From positions 896,001 to 960,000 of the forward strand of contig CAXXUA010000005.1 of assembly GCA_963663765.2 (NCBI GenBank): a stretch of DNA of 64,000 nt, read 5' to 3'. Below the pieces are notes generated by a model, which had not been told where the DNA came from, ran no database searches, and saw only the letters and a program-made list of their open reading frames with translations. This DNA is from Candidatus Poribacteria bacterium (GTDB taxonomy: Bacteria; Poribacteria; WGA-4E; WGA-3G). A program made the translations under genes and the position numbers. Numbering within the stretch: the stretch's first letter is position 1; each line of letters starts with the position of its first letter. Shown one piece after another: positions 10,382 through 19,829 of this stretch.

Positions 10382-11044
10382 GGGCGGGGAGACCCCGCAC
10401 CATAAGCGTCAATTTAAGGATTTTGACGTATTGTGGGAGGGGTTTTCAACCCCGAATTTATGCGCTTTTCCTCTCAAATCGGGGTTGAAAACCCCTCCAA
10501 CAAGAGAAATGACAACAATATTTTCTTAAATTGACGCCTATGGGGCGGGGAAACCCCGCACCATAAGCGTCAATTTAAGGATTTTGACGTATTGTGGGAG
10601 GGGTTTTCAACCCCGAATTTATGCGCTTTTCCTCTCAAATCGGGGTTGAAAACCCCTCCAACAAGAGAAATGACAACAATATTTTCTTAAATTGACACCT
10701 ATGGGGCGGGGAAACCCCGCACCATAAGCGTCAATTTAAGGATTTTGACGTATTGTGGGAGGGGTTTTCAACCCCGAATTTATGCGCTTTTCCTCTCAAA
10801 TCGGGGTTGAAAACCCCTCCAACAAGAGAAATGACAACAATATTTTCTTAAATTGACACTTATGGGGCGGGGAAACCCCGCACCATAAGCGTCAATTTAA
10901 GGATTTTGACGTATTGTGGGAAGGGTTTTCAACCCCGAATTTATGCGCTTTTCCTCTCAAATCGGGGTTGAAAACCCCTCCAACAAGAGAAATGACAACA
11001 ATATTTTCTTAAATTGACGCCTATGGGGCGGGGAGACCCCGCCC
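10382..11044. repeat. Tandem array: four 142-bp element B units separated and flanked by five 19-bp hairpins (period 161 bp)
   Basis: B at 10401-10542, 10562-10703, 10723-10864, 10884-11025; hairpin gggcgggg-a(g/a)a-ccccgc(a/c)c. Confidence 0.95.
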
Positions 11045-11155
11045 CTACGCACAGTAACCAAAACTTTACACACCCCTATACATCTGTTTGTCTTGACTCA
11101 TCCAACTTGACAGTATATAATATCTCTATATACGACTTATCTGACTGGCACGTAA

Positions 11156-11881
11156 ATGAAAATATTAGGCATTGACACCTCAACCCCTATCGGTAGCGTT
11201 GCACTCATAGATGCGGAGAACATAGTCGCAGAGCATACACTCAATATTGTCCAAGCACATTCTTCCAGACTGATGCCAGCGATTGACAGTGTGTTAAAAT
11301 GGGGAGAAGTTACACCGAAAGACTTAGACGGTTGTGCGGTTGGCATCGGTCCTGGGTCGTTCACAGGTGTGCGTATCGGCGTGGCAACAGCAAAATCTCT
11401 CTGCTACGCAGCTGATATACCCATCGTCGGCGTTTCCACTTTAGAAGCAATTGCTTATAACCTTCGGTGGACAGATGGACACGTCTGTCCAATTCTTGAT
11501 GCACGCAGGAGTGAAATATATGGTAACATCTTCCACGGTGGCGCAGAATGGAAACGGCTCACTGACGATCTCTGTTTGCCGATTGATTCATTCCTTGATG
11601 AACTCAAGGCACATCTATCCCATGATAACGATGTCACCTTCGTTGGAGATGGACTTTCAAGTTATGGAGATGCGATCCATGAAAAATTTGGTAGTAAAGA
11701 GATAGTCTCGGGGTTGAAAACCCCTCCGACAAGAGAAAACGCAGTGCATTTCGCGGACAATATCTTTAATGTACCGCGCGGATCAACAATCGCAAAACTC
11801 GGTGCAAAACGCTTGAAGCAAGGTGATAGTGACAGTTATTGGACTTTGGTGCCGAACTATGTTAGAATTGGATTGTATTAA
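11156..11881 (+). CDS. tsaB: tRNA threonylcarbamoyladenosine biosynthesis protein TsaB
   Basis: MKILGIDTST, AHSSRLMPAI, GPGSFTGVRIG, DARRSEIY, PNYVR; in-frame REP-derived segment at 11708-11738. Confidence 0.95.
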   Translation: MKILGIDTSTPIGSVALIDAENIVAEHTLNIVQAHSSRLMPAIDSVLKWGEVTPKDLDGCAVGIGPGSFTGVRIGVATAKSLCYAADIPIVGVSTLEAIAYNLRWTDGHVCPILDARRSEIYGNIFHGGAEWKRLTDDLCLPIDSFLDELKAHLSHDNDVTFVGDGLSSYGDAIHEKFGSKEIVSGLKTPPTRENAVHFADNIFNVPRGSTIAKLGAKRLKQGDSDSYWTLVPNYVRIGLY

Positions 11882-11944
11882 ATACTCACAACCCAAACTG
11901 ATACCTAATTAACCCGCCCGTTTTTTAAATGTCTCTTCTATAAG

Positions 11945-13393
11945 ATGAACCGTATTTTCAAAAACACATCTACGCTGTTTAGTGCACACCTTATTGGTCG
12001 CCTCGGTTCACTGGTCCTAACGATCTGGTTGATGCCACGTTTTTTTTCGGAGAACGCATTAGGCGGCTACTTTGTTGCAATCGCATTGACAAACCTCATT
12101 GCGAGCATAACAGAACTCGGCATACATAACCCATTAATTCGGGAGATGACACTCAACCTATCCCAAACGCGCCACTACCTCGGCAATGCCCTCCTCGTCC
12201 GTCTTATCTTGTCCGTTATCGCTTATGCACTCATGATTATTAGCGCTATATTTCTCGGATATACCACAGTGATCGTGACAATGATTGTCTATTTAGGATT
12301 AGCAGAAATTGTCAACGGAATCGCACAACTCTATAGATGCGTATTTCGCGCACATGAGGAGATGAAATATGAGGCATTCACGGTGGTTGCTGAACGCGGA
12401 ACGTTCTTTCTCGTTGGTTGTGCAGCAATTCTGCTTGGGTATGATTTGGTGAACGTGTGTCAGGTGATGCTAATTGCAAGCAGTGTCAACCTCATTCTGA
12501 GCATCGGATATACACGATACCGTTTCACTTCGCTTCGTTTTGAACCGAGTCGTCAGATTATATCCATACTGATGCAACAGGCACTGCCGTTCGCAATCGG
12601 CAATCTGTTCAATCTTGTCTATTTTCGCGTAGATGCAATTATGCTGTCAAAACTGAGTCCTGATGGCATTGATGCAAATACGTGGTACGGGTTAGCATAT
12701 ACGATTGTCAATGCGTTTACAACGCTACCGGGGGCGTTCATGATGGGTGCAATGTTCCCTGTGCTATCACGTGCGTATGAAAATGAACGTGATAGATTAT
12801 CTGCAACATACACATTCGGTGTGCGGTGGATGGTAATATGTGCTGTCCCGTTAGTAGTCGGTTTGGCAACCCTCTCGCACGAAATAACAGATGCGTTGTT
12901 TCCTGCCTATCCCCCAGATACTGTGGAGAAGATCGCAATCGCATTACGATGGCTAAGCGCATCGGGGGGTATGATTTTCTTGACTACCGTTGTCCTCACA
13001 GTGATACGCGCTGCGGACAAACGTCGCGCATTCGCTGTGCTTATGGGAACAACAGCACTCTTGAATATCTGCCTAAACCTAATCCTCATTCCCCGCATGA
13101 GTCACGTTGGCGCAGCAATCGCTATGGTCATCAGCGAGGTATATCTACTCACGATTGGGTTCGGTTATATTTCAAAAAATATTACGAAACTGACCGAAAT
13201 GGGTTTTATTATTAAAGTGCTGCTGCTCTCTGCTGTGATGGGTATAGGTTTGGTTTTGTTGCGAGAAATGCTGTCTATTTGGATCTTGATTCCGTTGGCG
13301 ATGGTGTTTTATAGTGGCGGGATTGTTGTTTGGAGGGAATTTCGAACGAAACTTGCTTTTGATCAAGAATCAGAACTTACGCACAAACGGTAG
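11945..13393 (+). CDS. Polysaccharide flippase (Wzx/MOP superfamily)
   Basis: Many TM helices; ELGI...LIRE, YFRVDAIML, NLILIP...GAAIA. Confidence 0.85.
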   Translation: MNRIFKNTSTLFSAHLIGRLGSLVLTIWLMPRFFSENALGGYFVAIALTNLIASITELGIHNPLIREMTLNLSQTRHYLGNALLVRLILSVIAYALMIISAIFLGYTTVIVTMIVYLGLAEIVNGIAQLYRCVFRAHEEMKYEAFTVVAERGTFFLVGCAAILLGYDLVNVCQVMLIASSVNLILSIGYTRYRFTSLRFEPSRQIISILMQQALPFAIGNLFNLVYFRVDAIMLSKLSPDGIDANTWYGLAYTIVNAFTTLPGAFMMGAMFPVLSRAYENERDRLSATYTFGVRWMVICAVPLVVGLATLSHEITDALFPAYPPDTVEKIAIALRWLSASGGMIFLTTVVLTVIRAADKRRAFAVLMGTTALLNICLNLILIPRMSHVGAAIAMVISEVYLLTIGFGYISKNITKLTEMGFIIKVLLLSAVMGIGLVLLREMLSIWILIPLAMVFYSGGIVVWREFRTKLAFDQESELTHKR

Positions 13394-13603
13394 GCGGGGA
13401 ATGCCATAGGCGAATTCATAGGCGTCAATTTAAGAAAAAAGTGTTGGTGTTTCTCTTGTGGGAGGGGTTTTCAACCCCGATTTGAGAGGAAAATCGCGTA
13501 AAATCGGGGTTGAAAACCCCTCCCACAAGAGGTCAAAATCCTTAAATTGACGTCTATGGCGAAAGCTATAGGCGCATTCATACCGTTGGATGCGTAAGTC
13601 CTG
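13371..13603. mobile_element. MITE family F containing mini-element D, itself interrupted by element B (13417-13558)
   Basis: TIR cagaacttacgca / tgcgtaagtcctg; B TIR cataggcgtcaatttaag; overlaps the flippase stop codon. Confidence 0.8.
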
Positions 13604-13647
13604 CAAAATTACTGAGAATATCGCTAATATTGCGTAAATCCTGCATA

Positions 13648-14457
13648 TTATTTCCCAAAATTCTTCTTTAGTTTGCCCCATGACGTTGCTAACTTATCTT
13701 GCGGTGTGACTGCAAGCACCCCATCAATACCCAGATTCATCAACTGCTGAATTTCTTTCTGTGTACGAGCTACATTGGAAATTCGCACTTCGTCTATTTT
13801 ACCATCTAAAAACGGACTTGCCCCACGTCCAAGCCAAAGCTCACGATCATTCGGAACAATATCACCACCGATGGTTTCTTCGGCATCCAATTCCCCATCA
13901 ATGTAAATCTTGCCAACACCAGATGTGGCATCGTAAGATGCAGCAGTATGTACCCATGTGTTCAGTTGTACTGTATTCTCACTGAAAACTACCGCAGCAC
14001 CCCAAGCTACAGTGGAAGTTACCATACGAAAAAGCACTTTCTGATCGTTTCTCGGACCAAATTTATAGGTACCCTCTTTTGTCGCACCGGTTCCACCTGC
14101 TGTTGGTGCAGTATTTAGGTAAACCCACATCTCAGTGGTGAGTCCCGTTTCCACGTCAAGACTTTCACTGTCAGGAATTTCCACAAAATCTCTTGGCGCA
14201 TTACCACCCAAAACAAGTCCGTTCCCAAATTTTCCTTCACCCCATTCCGGAGTTCCCATGAGAGTACCATCGTTACCATAGCCAGAAAGGTCTTTTGCAT
14301 CATCACCACTACCTGATTCAAATGTAATAAGTAACACAGTGTTATCATCTTGGGCATAACTCGTCTGAATCAATACACATCCCAAAATGAAAACCAAAAA
14401 TAAAAAGACACGCAAACTTGTAAAGTTTAACATCATGCTACCTCCTTTCAGTTCCAT
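13648..14457 (-). CDS. Secreted LamG-like jellyroll protein with conserved C-terminal KLA-x-x-WG-x-LK tail (start possibly 14436)
   Basis: Signal peptide, DLSGYGNDG, GKFGNGL, WVHTAASYD, IDEVRISNVAR, AVTPQDKLATSWGKLKK. Confidence 0.85.
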   Translation of the reverse strand: MELKGGSMMLNFTSLRVFLFLVFILGCVLIQTSYAQDDNTVLLITFESGSGDDAKDLSGYGNDGTLMGTPEWGEGKFGNGLVLGGNAPRDFVEIPDSESLDVETGLTTEMWVYLNTAPTAGGTGATKEGTYKFGPRNDQKVLFRMVTSTVAWGAAVVFSENTVQLNTWVHTAASYDATSGVGKIYIDGELDAEETIGGDIVPNDRELWLGRGASPFLDGKIDEVRISNVARTQKEIQQLMNLGIDGVLAVTPQDKLATSWGKLKKNFGK

Positions 14458-14743
14458 AATTAAGACATTACTTTGACATCATCATAACAGATATTCAGAT
14501 ATGAAAAAAGCAGAAAATACAACCATAGGGCAACTATAGTCAAATACCGAAATATATTGGATATTTATTGTTCCACATCACATATAAATTAGAAACAACT
14601 ACACACAATCAATACCTTCGCCATTTTTGAGTGCTTCAGTTGAATGAGTATATAGTGTTGATCTACCATTGCTCTGTGATATTGTTAGGATTATATAAAT
14701 AAAAATAACTTCAGGTTTTCGTTGAAGTATTTTTTTATCATAG

Positions 14744-15209
14744 CAGGGTTATTTAGTTTTAAGAGTTTTCTGTTATTGAGATTTACTGAAAGTTAATACC
14801 CAGGTTTGGTTTCCTAACCGAACTTTCTGCATCAGTTTTAGATTATTGAAAAATGAATATCGCTCTTTAGTCCCGTAGGGACGATATGTTTATAGAAAAC
14901 GAATACCCTCCCCAGTTCTTTAGTCCCGTAGGGACGATATGTTTATAGAAAACGAATACCCTCCCCAGTTCTTTAGTCCCGTAGGGACGATATGTTTATA
15001 GAAAACGAATACCCTCCCCAGTTCTTTAGTCCCGTAGGGACGATATGTTTATTTTTCTATGTCGTTCCTACGGAACTCAAGAGGGATAGATAACATGTTT
15101 CTATAAACATATCGTCCCTACGGGACTAAAGACATGGACAAGATGGCAACACATAAAATTAACGACATAGCAAAATATTATCAATAATATTGAAAACTGA
15201 ATAACCCTG
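14744..15209. mobile_element. MITE family E (CAGGG ends, ISAs1-like) with expanded internal repeat
   Basis: 17-bp TIR cagggttatttagtttt / aaaactgaataaccctg; degenerate 9-bp TSD ttatcatag/ttatcacat; homologous to 60511-60940. Confidence 0.85.
14865..15052. repeat. 53-bp tandem repeat, three full copies plus a partial copy
   Basis: ctttagtcccgtagggacgatatgtttatagaaaacgaataccctccccagtt at 14865, 14918, 14971; partial at 15024. Confidence 0.95.
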
Positions 15210-15701
15210 TTATCACATCCTCTAATTTGACAATAGAAATGACTATATCAGCAATCTGACAGAATAATTTATAGGCACAATCTGGCAGAATGTGCTACAA
15301 CTGCCCGCACAATCTGGAAGAATGTCTATTATTGGCGAAGGTATTGCACAATGCACTATAGTTAAAAGACAATAAAACAAAAAACTTTACATTTTACCCA
15401 AAATAACTTGACAAACACTATTATTTGTGTTACAATATATATTACATATCAGATATATAACATAATATATAAAATGACTTACATAAATGATAAATTTAGA
15501 AATGTTACACTTCTCCGAAAATATTATTTTTAAAATCCCGAAATTCACAATAAAAACACCTATATACCCTTACTACTACTGAATTTACAGCAAAACATAA
15601 AAAGTTACAAAAAACGAAGAAAGTGTCCATTTAGTAACTTTTGAAGGACGAATCACCCAAACAAAAACGCAAAATAAACAACATCATCTCGGACCAAACC
15701 C

Positions 15702-15730
15702 TTGCATTTAATGTCCAAACCCTATACAAT
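15702..15730 (+). promoter_or_regulatory. Sigma70-like promoter of the R-M gene, probably leaderless
   Basis: TTGCAT-17 bp-TACAAT; ATG 15737 follows 6 nt after the -10 box; no SD. Confidence 0.55.
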
Positions 15731-15736
15731 AAAAAT

Positions 15737-18700
15737 ATGAATTTTCAAAAACACTATAACCAATATATACAAGAAATAAACCAAACACGATCCGACCCGA
15801 ATGCAACCCCCGAACTCTCTTTGCATCCACATCTCAAAACGTTCATGGAAGATGTTACTGCGGACCCAGACTGTTTTGACATTCCCAACATAATATTCAC
15901 ACTGGAACCGAGAAACATCAACCAAATCGGACGACCCGACTTCATCGCTACAAATGGATTGCTACCTATCGGTTATATTGAAGCAGAAACTTATGGGGCA
16001 GACCTAACCAACCTATCAGGACACGCCAAACAACAAAACAAACGGTTCAAGGAAAACCTTGATAACTTCGTACTCACCAATTTCATAGATTTTGAGTTGT
16101 GGATAGATGGACAATGCAACACAACAGCACGCATTACAGACAACATAGACGATTTAGCGATATTATTAGAGCGATTCCTGAAGACATCTGTCCAAATCGG
16201 CACACCGGAAGCACTCGCAAAATACCTTGCAAGACGGACACGCGAACTCCAAACACAGATCGCAACGACACTCACCGATGAGGAAAGTGAAACCTTCCGC
16301 ATGTTTACCGCGTTCAAGGAAACGTTGCTCGCGACACTAACCCCAGACGAATTTGCGGATATGTACGCGCAAACTCTTACGTATGGATTGTTCGCCGCAC
16401 GCTGCACACAGCCGAATGCAACTAATTTTTCACGGTACACCGCTGTCGGTACACTGCCGAAATCAAACCCATTCCTCATAAAACTCTTTTATCATGTCGT
16501 ATCACCACAACTTGAGACAAATGTTACCTACATTCTGGATGATATTGCAACGCTGCTCCAAAACGTTCCGACAGACATGCTCCGCACAGCGTTTACTGCC
16601 AGAAATCCTCTTGAAGACCCGGTTATACATTTTTACGAGACATTCCTAAAAGAATATAATCCGAAACTCCGCTTTGATCGCGGGGTATTTTACACACCGC
16701 CACAGGTTATCTCCTACATTGTTCGCTCAGTAGATGTCCTGCTCAAAACAGAACTCAATAAACCCGATGGACTTGCCGATGACGACACAATTATCCTCGA
16801 TCCTGCCACAGGCACAGGTGGATTTCTGCTGTCCGTGCTTAACCACATCCGCGAACATGTTACAACCTATTATGGCACCGGTGATTGGAATCAGTATGTC
16901 AACGCACAACTCGTCAAACGGATTTTCGGGTTTGAACTGCTGGTCGCGCCATATACGATTGCACATCTGAAGTTGAGTCTGTTTCTGCAAACACAAGGAT
17001 GGCGCGCTGATGAACGACTCGGTATCTATCTTACCAATGCTTTGGAACAACCGGATGAGATGCAGCCTCCGTTGCCTTTTGCTGCGTTCATATCTGACGA
17101 AGCGAACGCGGCACTCTCTGTGAAACGGGACGAACCGTTACTTGTCATTCTCGGTAATCCACCTTATAAGCGTCATTCTGTTAACCCAAGTCGTGTGGGC
17201 AGAAACTTAACCTTTATTGGTGAACTCATTGAGGATTATAAACAGGTAGATGGAAAACCACTTGATGAAGCAACCTCAAAAGCACTCCAAGATGACTATG
17301 TGAAGTTTATTCGGTGGGCACAGTGGCGAATTGATAAAAACGGTGAGGGAGTTATTGGTTATATTGTTAATAATAATTTCCTTGATGCACCTACTACTCG
17401 CGGCATGCGGCAAAATTTGTTAGACAGTTTCAATGCTATCTATGTGCTCAATTTGCACGGTAGTAACAGGAAAACAGAAGCGGTGCCAACAAGTCAGGGA
17501 GATGAAAACGTCTTTGATATCTCACAAGGAGTCTCCATTCTTTTATGTATAAAACAACGCGATAATCTTGATGCTACAAAGGTCTATCACGCTGATATGT
17601 GGGGATCCCGAGAAGAGAGATATAGGACACTTTCAGAAACCGATGTCCAATCTACGACGTGGTGTGAACTACAACCGAAATCACCTTATTACCTTTTTGT
17701 ACCGCAAGAAATGGACTACAGTGCTGAATATGAAAGCGGATGGAAAATTACAGACATCTTCCAAACGAGTTCTATTGGAATTGTCACCGCGCGAGATAAT
17801 TTGACAATTCATCGGACTCCTGAAGCGATTCGTGAAACGGTGACGGGTTTTGTTTCACTCTCTGTAGACGAGGCGCGAGAGCAGTACAGGTTGCCAAGGG
17901 ACACTCGAGATTGGAAAGTGCCTCTTGCCCAAGCGGATCTCCGTAACCATCCTGATGCAGAACAACACATCCAACCTATTTACTATCGTCCATGTGATAC
18001 ACGTTGGACGTACTACACAGGAAGATCGCGTGGATTTCACTGTATGCCTCGTCCTAAAAATATGCCTCATCTCCTCAAGGAAAATCTTGCCCTATGTGTT
18101 TGTCGTGTTGTTGCAAACATCAAGTGGCAACACGCCTTGGCAACTGACAAAATAACAGAAAATCGTTATGTCTCAAACAAAGGAAGTGAATCCGGACATG
18201 TGTTTCCGCTCTACTTGTATCCAGATTCAGAAGGACTATTAGGCTCAACAGAACCTGAACTCAATTTCAAACCCGAATTTCTCACTGCTCTCTCGGAGAC
18301 GTTGCAACTTCCACAAACCCCACCGTTTCAACTCCCCGAAGGCATTGCACCAGAGCAGATCCTCGCCTATATCTACGCCGTGCTTTATAGTCCAACCTAT
18401 CGAAAACGTTATTATGAGTTTCTAAAATACGACTTCCCGCGTATCCCTTTACAACAAGATATTGACGAATTCTGCTTACTTGCAGAGTATGGACAAGAAT
18501 TAATTGATCTGCATCTCTTAAAGGATAAGAATATACCCCATCGCCATTTATTTGAGGGAGAAGGAGATGGCGTAGTCTCAAAACTTCGTTATGAAGATGG
18601 CAATGTCTGGATCAACAACGCACAGTATTTCACGAATGTCCCTCCAGAAGTATGGGAATATGAGGTCGGAGCGTATCAGGTGTGTGAAAAATGGCTAAAA

Positions 18701-18817
18701 GATCGGAAAGGAGAAACGTTAAGTCATGAGGAGATCCGTCTATATCCTATGATTGTGGTTTCCATCACAGAAACACTACGGATGATGGAGGCAATAGAAT
18801 GGGTGCTTGAGTTTTAA
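15737..18817 (+). CDS. Single-chain restriction-modification enzyme: nuclease-like N-terminus, N6-adenine methyltransferase, type ISP-like specificity domain (type IIG/IIL-like)
   Basis: GRPDF...GYIEAE, GVFYTP, LDPATGTGGF, GNPPY, DDYVKFIRWA, DFPRIP, YQVCEKWLKDRKG; ORF track starts at TTG 15641, ATG 15737 preferred. Confidence 0.9.
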   Translation: MNFQKHYNQYIQEINQTRSDPNATPELSLHPHLKTFMEDVTADPDCFDIPNIIFTLEPRNINQIGRPDFIATNGLLPIGYIEAETYGADLTNLSGHAKQQNKRFKENLDNFVLTNFIDFELWIDGQCNTTARITDNIDDLAILLERFLKTSVQIGTPEALAKYLARRTRELQTQIATTLTDEESETFRMFTAFKETLLATLTPDEFADMYAQTLTYGLFAARCTQPNATNFSRYTAVGTLPKSNPFLIKLFYHVVSPQLETNVTYILDDIATLLQNVPTDMLRTAFTARNPLEDPVIHFYETFLKEYNPKLRFDRGVFYTPPQVISYIVRSVDVLLKTELNKPDGLADDDTIILDPATGTGGFLLSVLNHIREHVTTYYGTGDWNQYVNAQLVKRIFGFELLVAPYTIAHLKLSLFLQTQGWRADERLGIYLTNALEQPDEMQPPLPFAAFISDEANAALSVKRDEPLLVILGNPPYKRHSVNPSRVGRNLTFIGELIEDYKQVDGKPLDEATSKALQDDYVKFIRWAQWRIDKNGEGVIGYIVNNNFLDAPTTRGMRQNLLDSFNAIYVLNLHGSNRKTEAVPTSQGDENVFDISQGVSILLCIKQRDNLDATKVYHADMWGSREERYRTLSETDVQSTTWCELQPKSPYYLFVPQEMDYSAEYESGWKITDIFQTSSIGIVTARDNLTIHRTPEAIRETVTGFVSLSVDEAREQYRLPRDTRDWKVPLAQADLRNHPDAEQHIQPIYYRPCDTRWTYYTGRSRGFHCMPRPKNMPHLLKENLALCVCRVVANIKWQHALATDKITENRYVSNKGSESGHVFPLYLYPDSEGLLGSTEPELNFKPEFLTALSETLQLPQTPPFQLPEGIAPEQILAYIYAVLYSPTYRKRYYEFLKYDFPRIPLQQDIDEFCLLAEYGQELIDLHLLKDKNIPHRHLFEGEGDGVVSKLRYEDGNVWINNAQYFTNVPPEVWEYEVGAYQVCEKWLKDRKGETLSHEEIRLYPMIVVSITETLRMMEAIEWVLEF

Positions 18818-18941
18818 CTGTTGCAATACCACTCTAATTGACATATTATCAGTATGATGAATTTTGACGATCTGTTTTATAGAGGTTATTATGACTGAAA
18901 GACAATTATTATTTACTTTAGATAGTGATGCCTTCCAAGTC

Positions 18942-19185
18942 ATCTACAGACAGTAATTGAGGTGTACGCAAGTAAATTTTCCTTCGCTAATTCCAACGCT
19001 GGTACAGCTTACGAGCGGCAAAAAGAAGGGAACTCCTCCAAAAACTCGTCTAAGTCATCACCTGCTTCCAAATAGTCAATAAGGTTTTTGATGGGAACAC
19101 GCGTATTTTTGAAAACAGGTGTACCACTCATAATCCGCGGATTGCAAGTAATGATGTCTTTAAAAAACTGTTCGTCAAATTTCAT
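18942..19185 (-). pseudogene. DUF433 family protein with premature TAA at 19009-19011 (3' end approximate)
   Basis: NPRIMSGTPVFKNTRVPI...LEEFPS; frame continues AVPALELAKE beyond the stop. Confidence 0.75.
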
Positions 19186-19222
19186 GAGTACGTTTCTCTT
19201 TGAAGAAAAATCCGACAGCAAT

Positions 19223-19438
19223 TCAAGCAGATTTCCGCACCTCAAAAAGTTCATGCCGCAGCAGCATAAGTTGCGATGCTTGTAACGTCTCTAAAGCATA
19301 CGTCCGACCTTTGCGATCACAAAATTCAACTTAAAAGACATTCGATTCATATTCTTCAACAATAGTACCGATCTGTCCACGGCATAATTTGAGTGTTGGT
19401 AGGTCTTCTATGAGTGCAACCGTATCAAGTAACTTCAT
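19223..19438 (-). pseudogene. DUF4926 family protein with nonsense mutation (GAA to TAA at 19331-19333)
   Basis: Same length and highly similar to the intact copy at 21417-21632 (F*V versus FEV). Confidence 0.85.
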
Positions 19439-19493
19439 TAAGTTCTCCTGTCAAGCATCGTAGGACTTTGTACTGACCATTCAAAACGCAGAA

Positions 19494-19805
19494 TTAAGTG
19501 GCACCTTTTCTTTTCTTCTTTTCCCATTCTCTTGCATCTTCTCGCGTCGTGCGTCTTCCAACTTGGTGAACATAAACATCTTTACCGTAATCTCGTTGAA
19601 GTTCCTTTTCACGTCGGTGTAAGTCATTCGTAATTCCATTACGGATAATTTTGTCCCCTTGTTTAAGCTGGTATTTATAGGTATCCCGTTTGGGTTCTAT
19701 CTGGACTCCTCTTGCCTCAAGAACTTCCTTGACTGCTCGTTTTATTTTTGACCTTGGGATTTGTCCTCGCTTAGGAGGATATTTGACAATTCTCTGTCTT
19801 GACAT
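19494..19805 (-). CDS. Small basic protein with degenerate GIY-YIG-like domain
   Basis: TYKYQL...IIRNGITNDLHRREKE...AREWE; GGAGG RBS. Confidence 0.6.
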   Translation of the reverse strand: MSRQRIVKYPPKRGQIPRSKIKRAVKEVLEARGVQIEPKRDTYKYQLKQGDKIIRNGITNDLHRREKELQRDYGKDVYVHQVGRRTTREDAREWEKKKRKGAT

Positions 19806-19829
19806 TTTTAATCACCTCCATAGAATAGG

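Larger units (their letters stand above)
10081..11075. mobile_element. MITE family A expanded by nested elements C (with D inside) and four copies of B
   Basis: Ends gagtgtgtaaag / ctttacacaccc; collinear with the empty 183-bp allele at 20571-20753. Confidence 0.85.

Noticed and set aside
10382-11044. CRISPR array (palindromic repeats at regular spacing)
   Set aside because: The would-be spacers are 142 bp, near-identical and TIR-bounded; no cas genes or leader are present
14865-15052. CRISPR array (53-bp period)
   Set aside because: Units are identical with no unique spacers and lie inside a MITE
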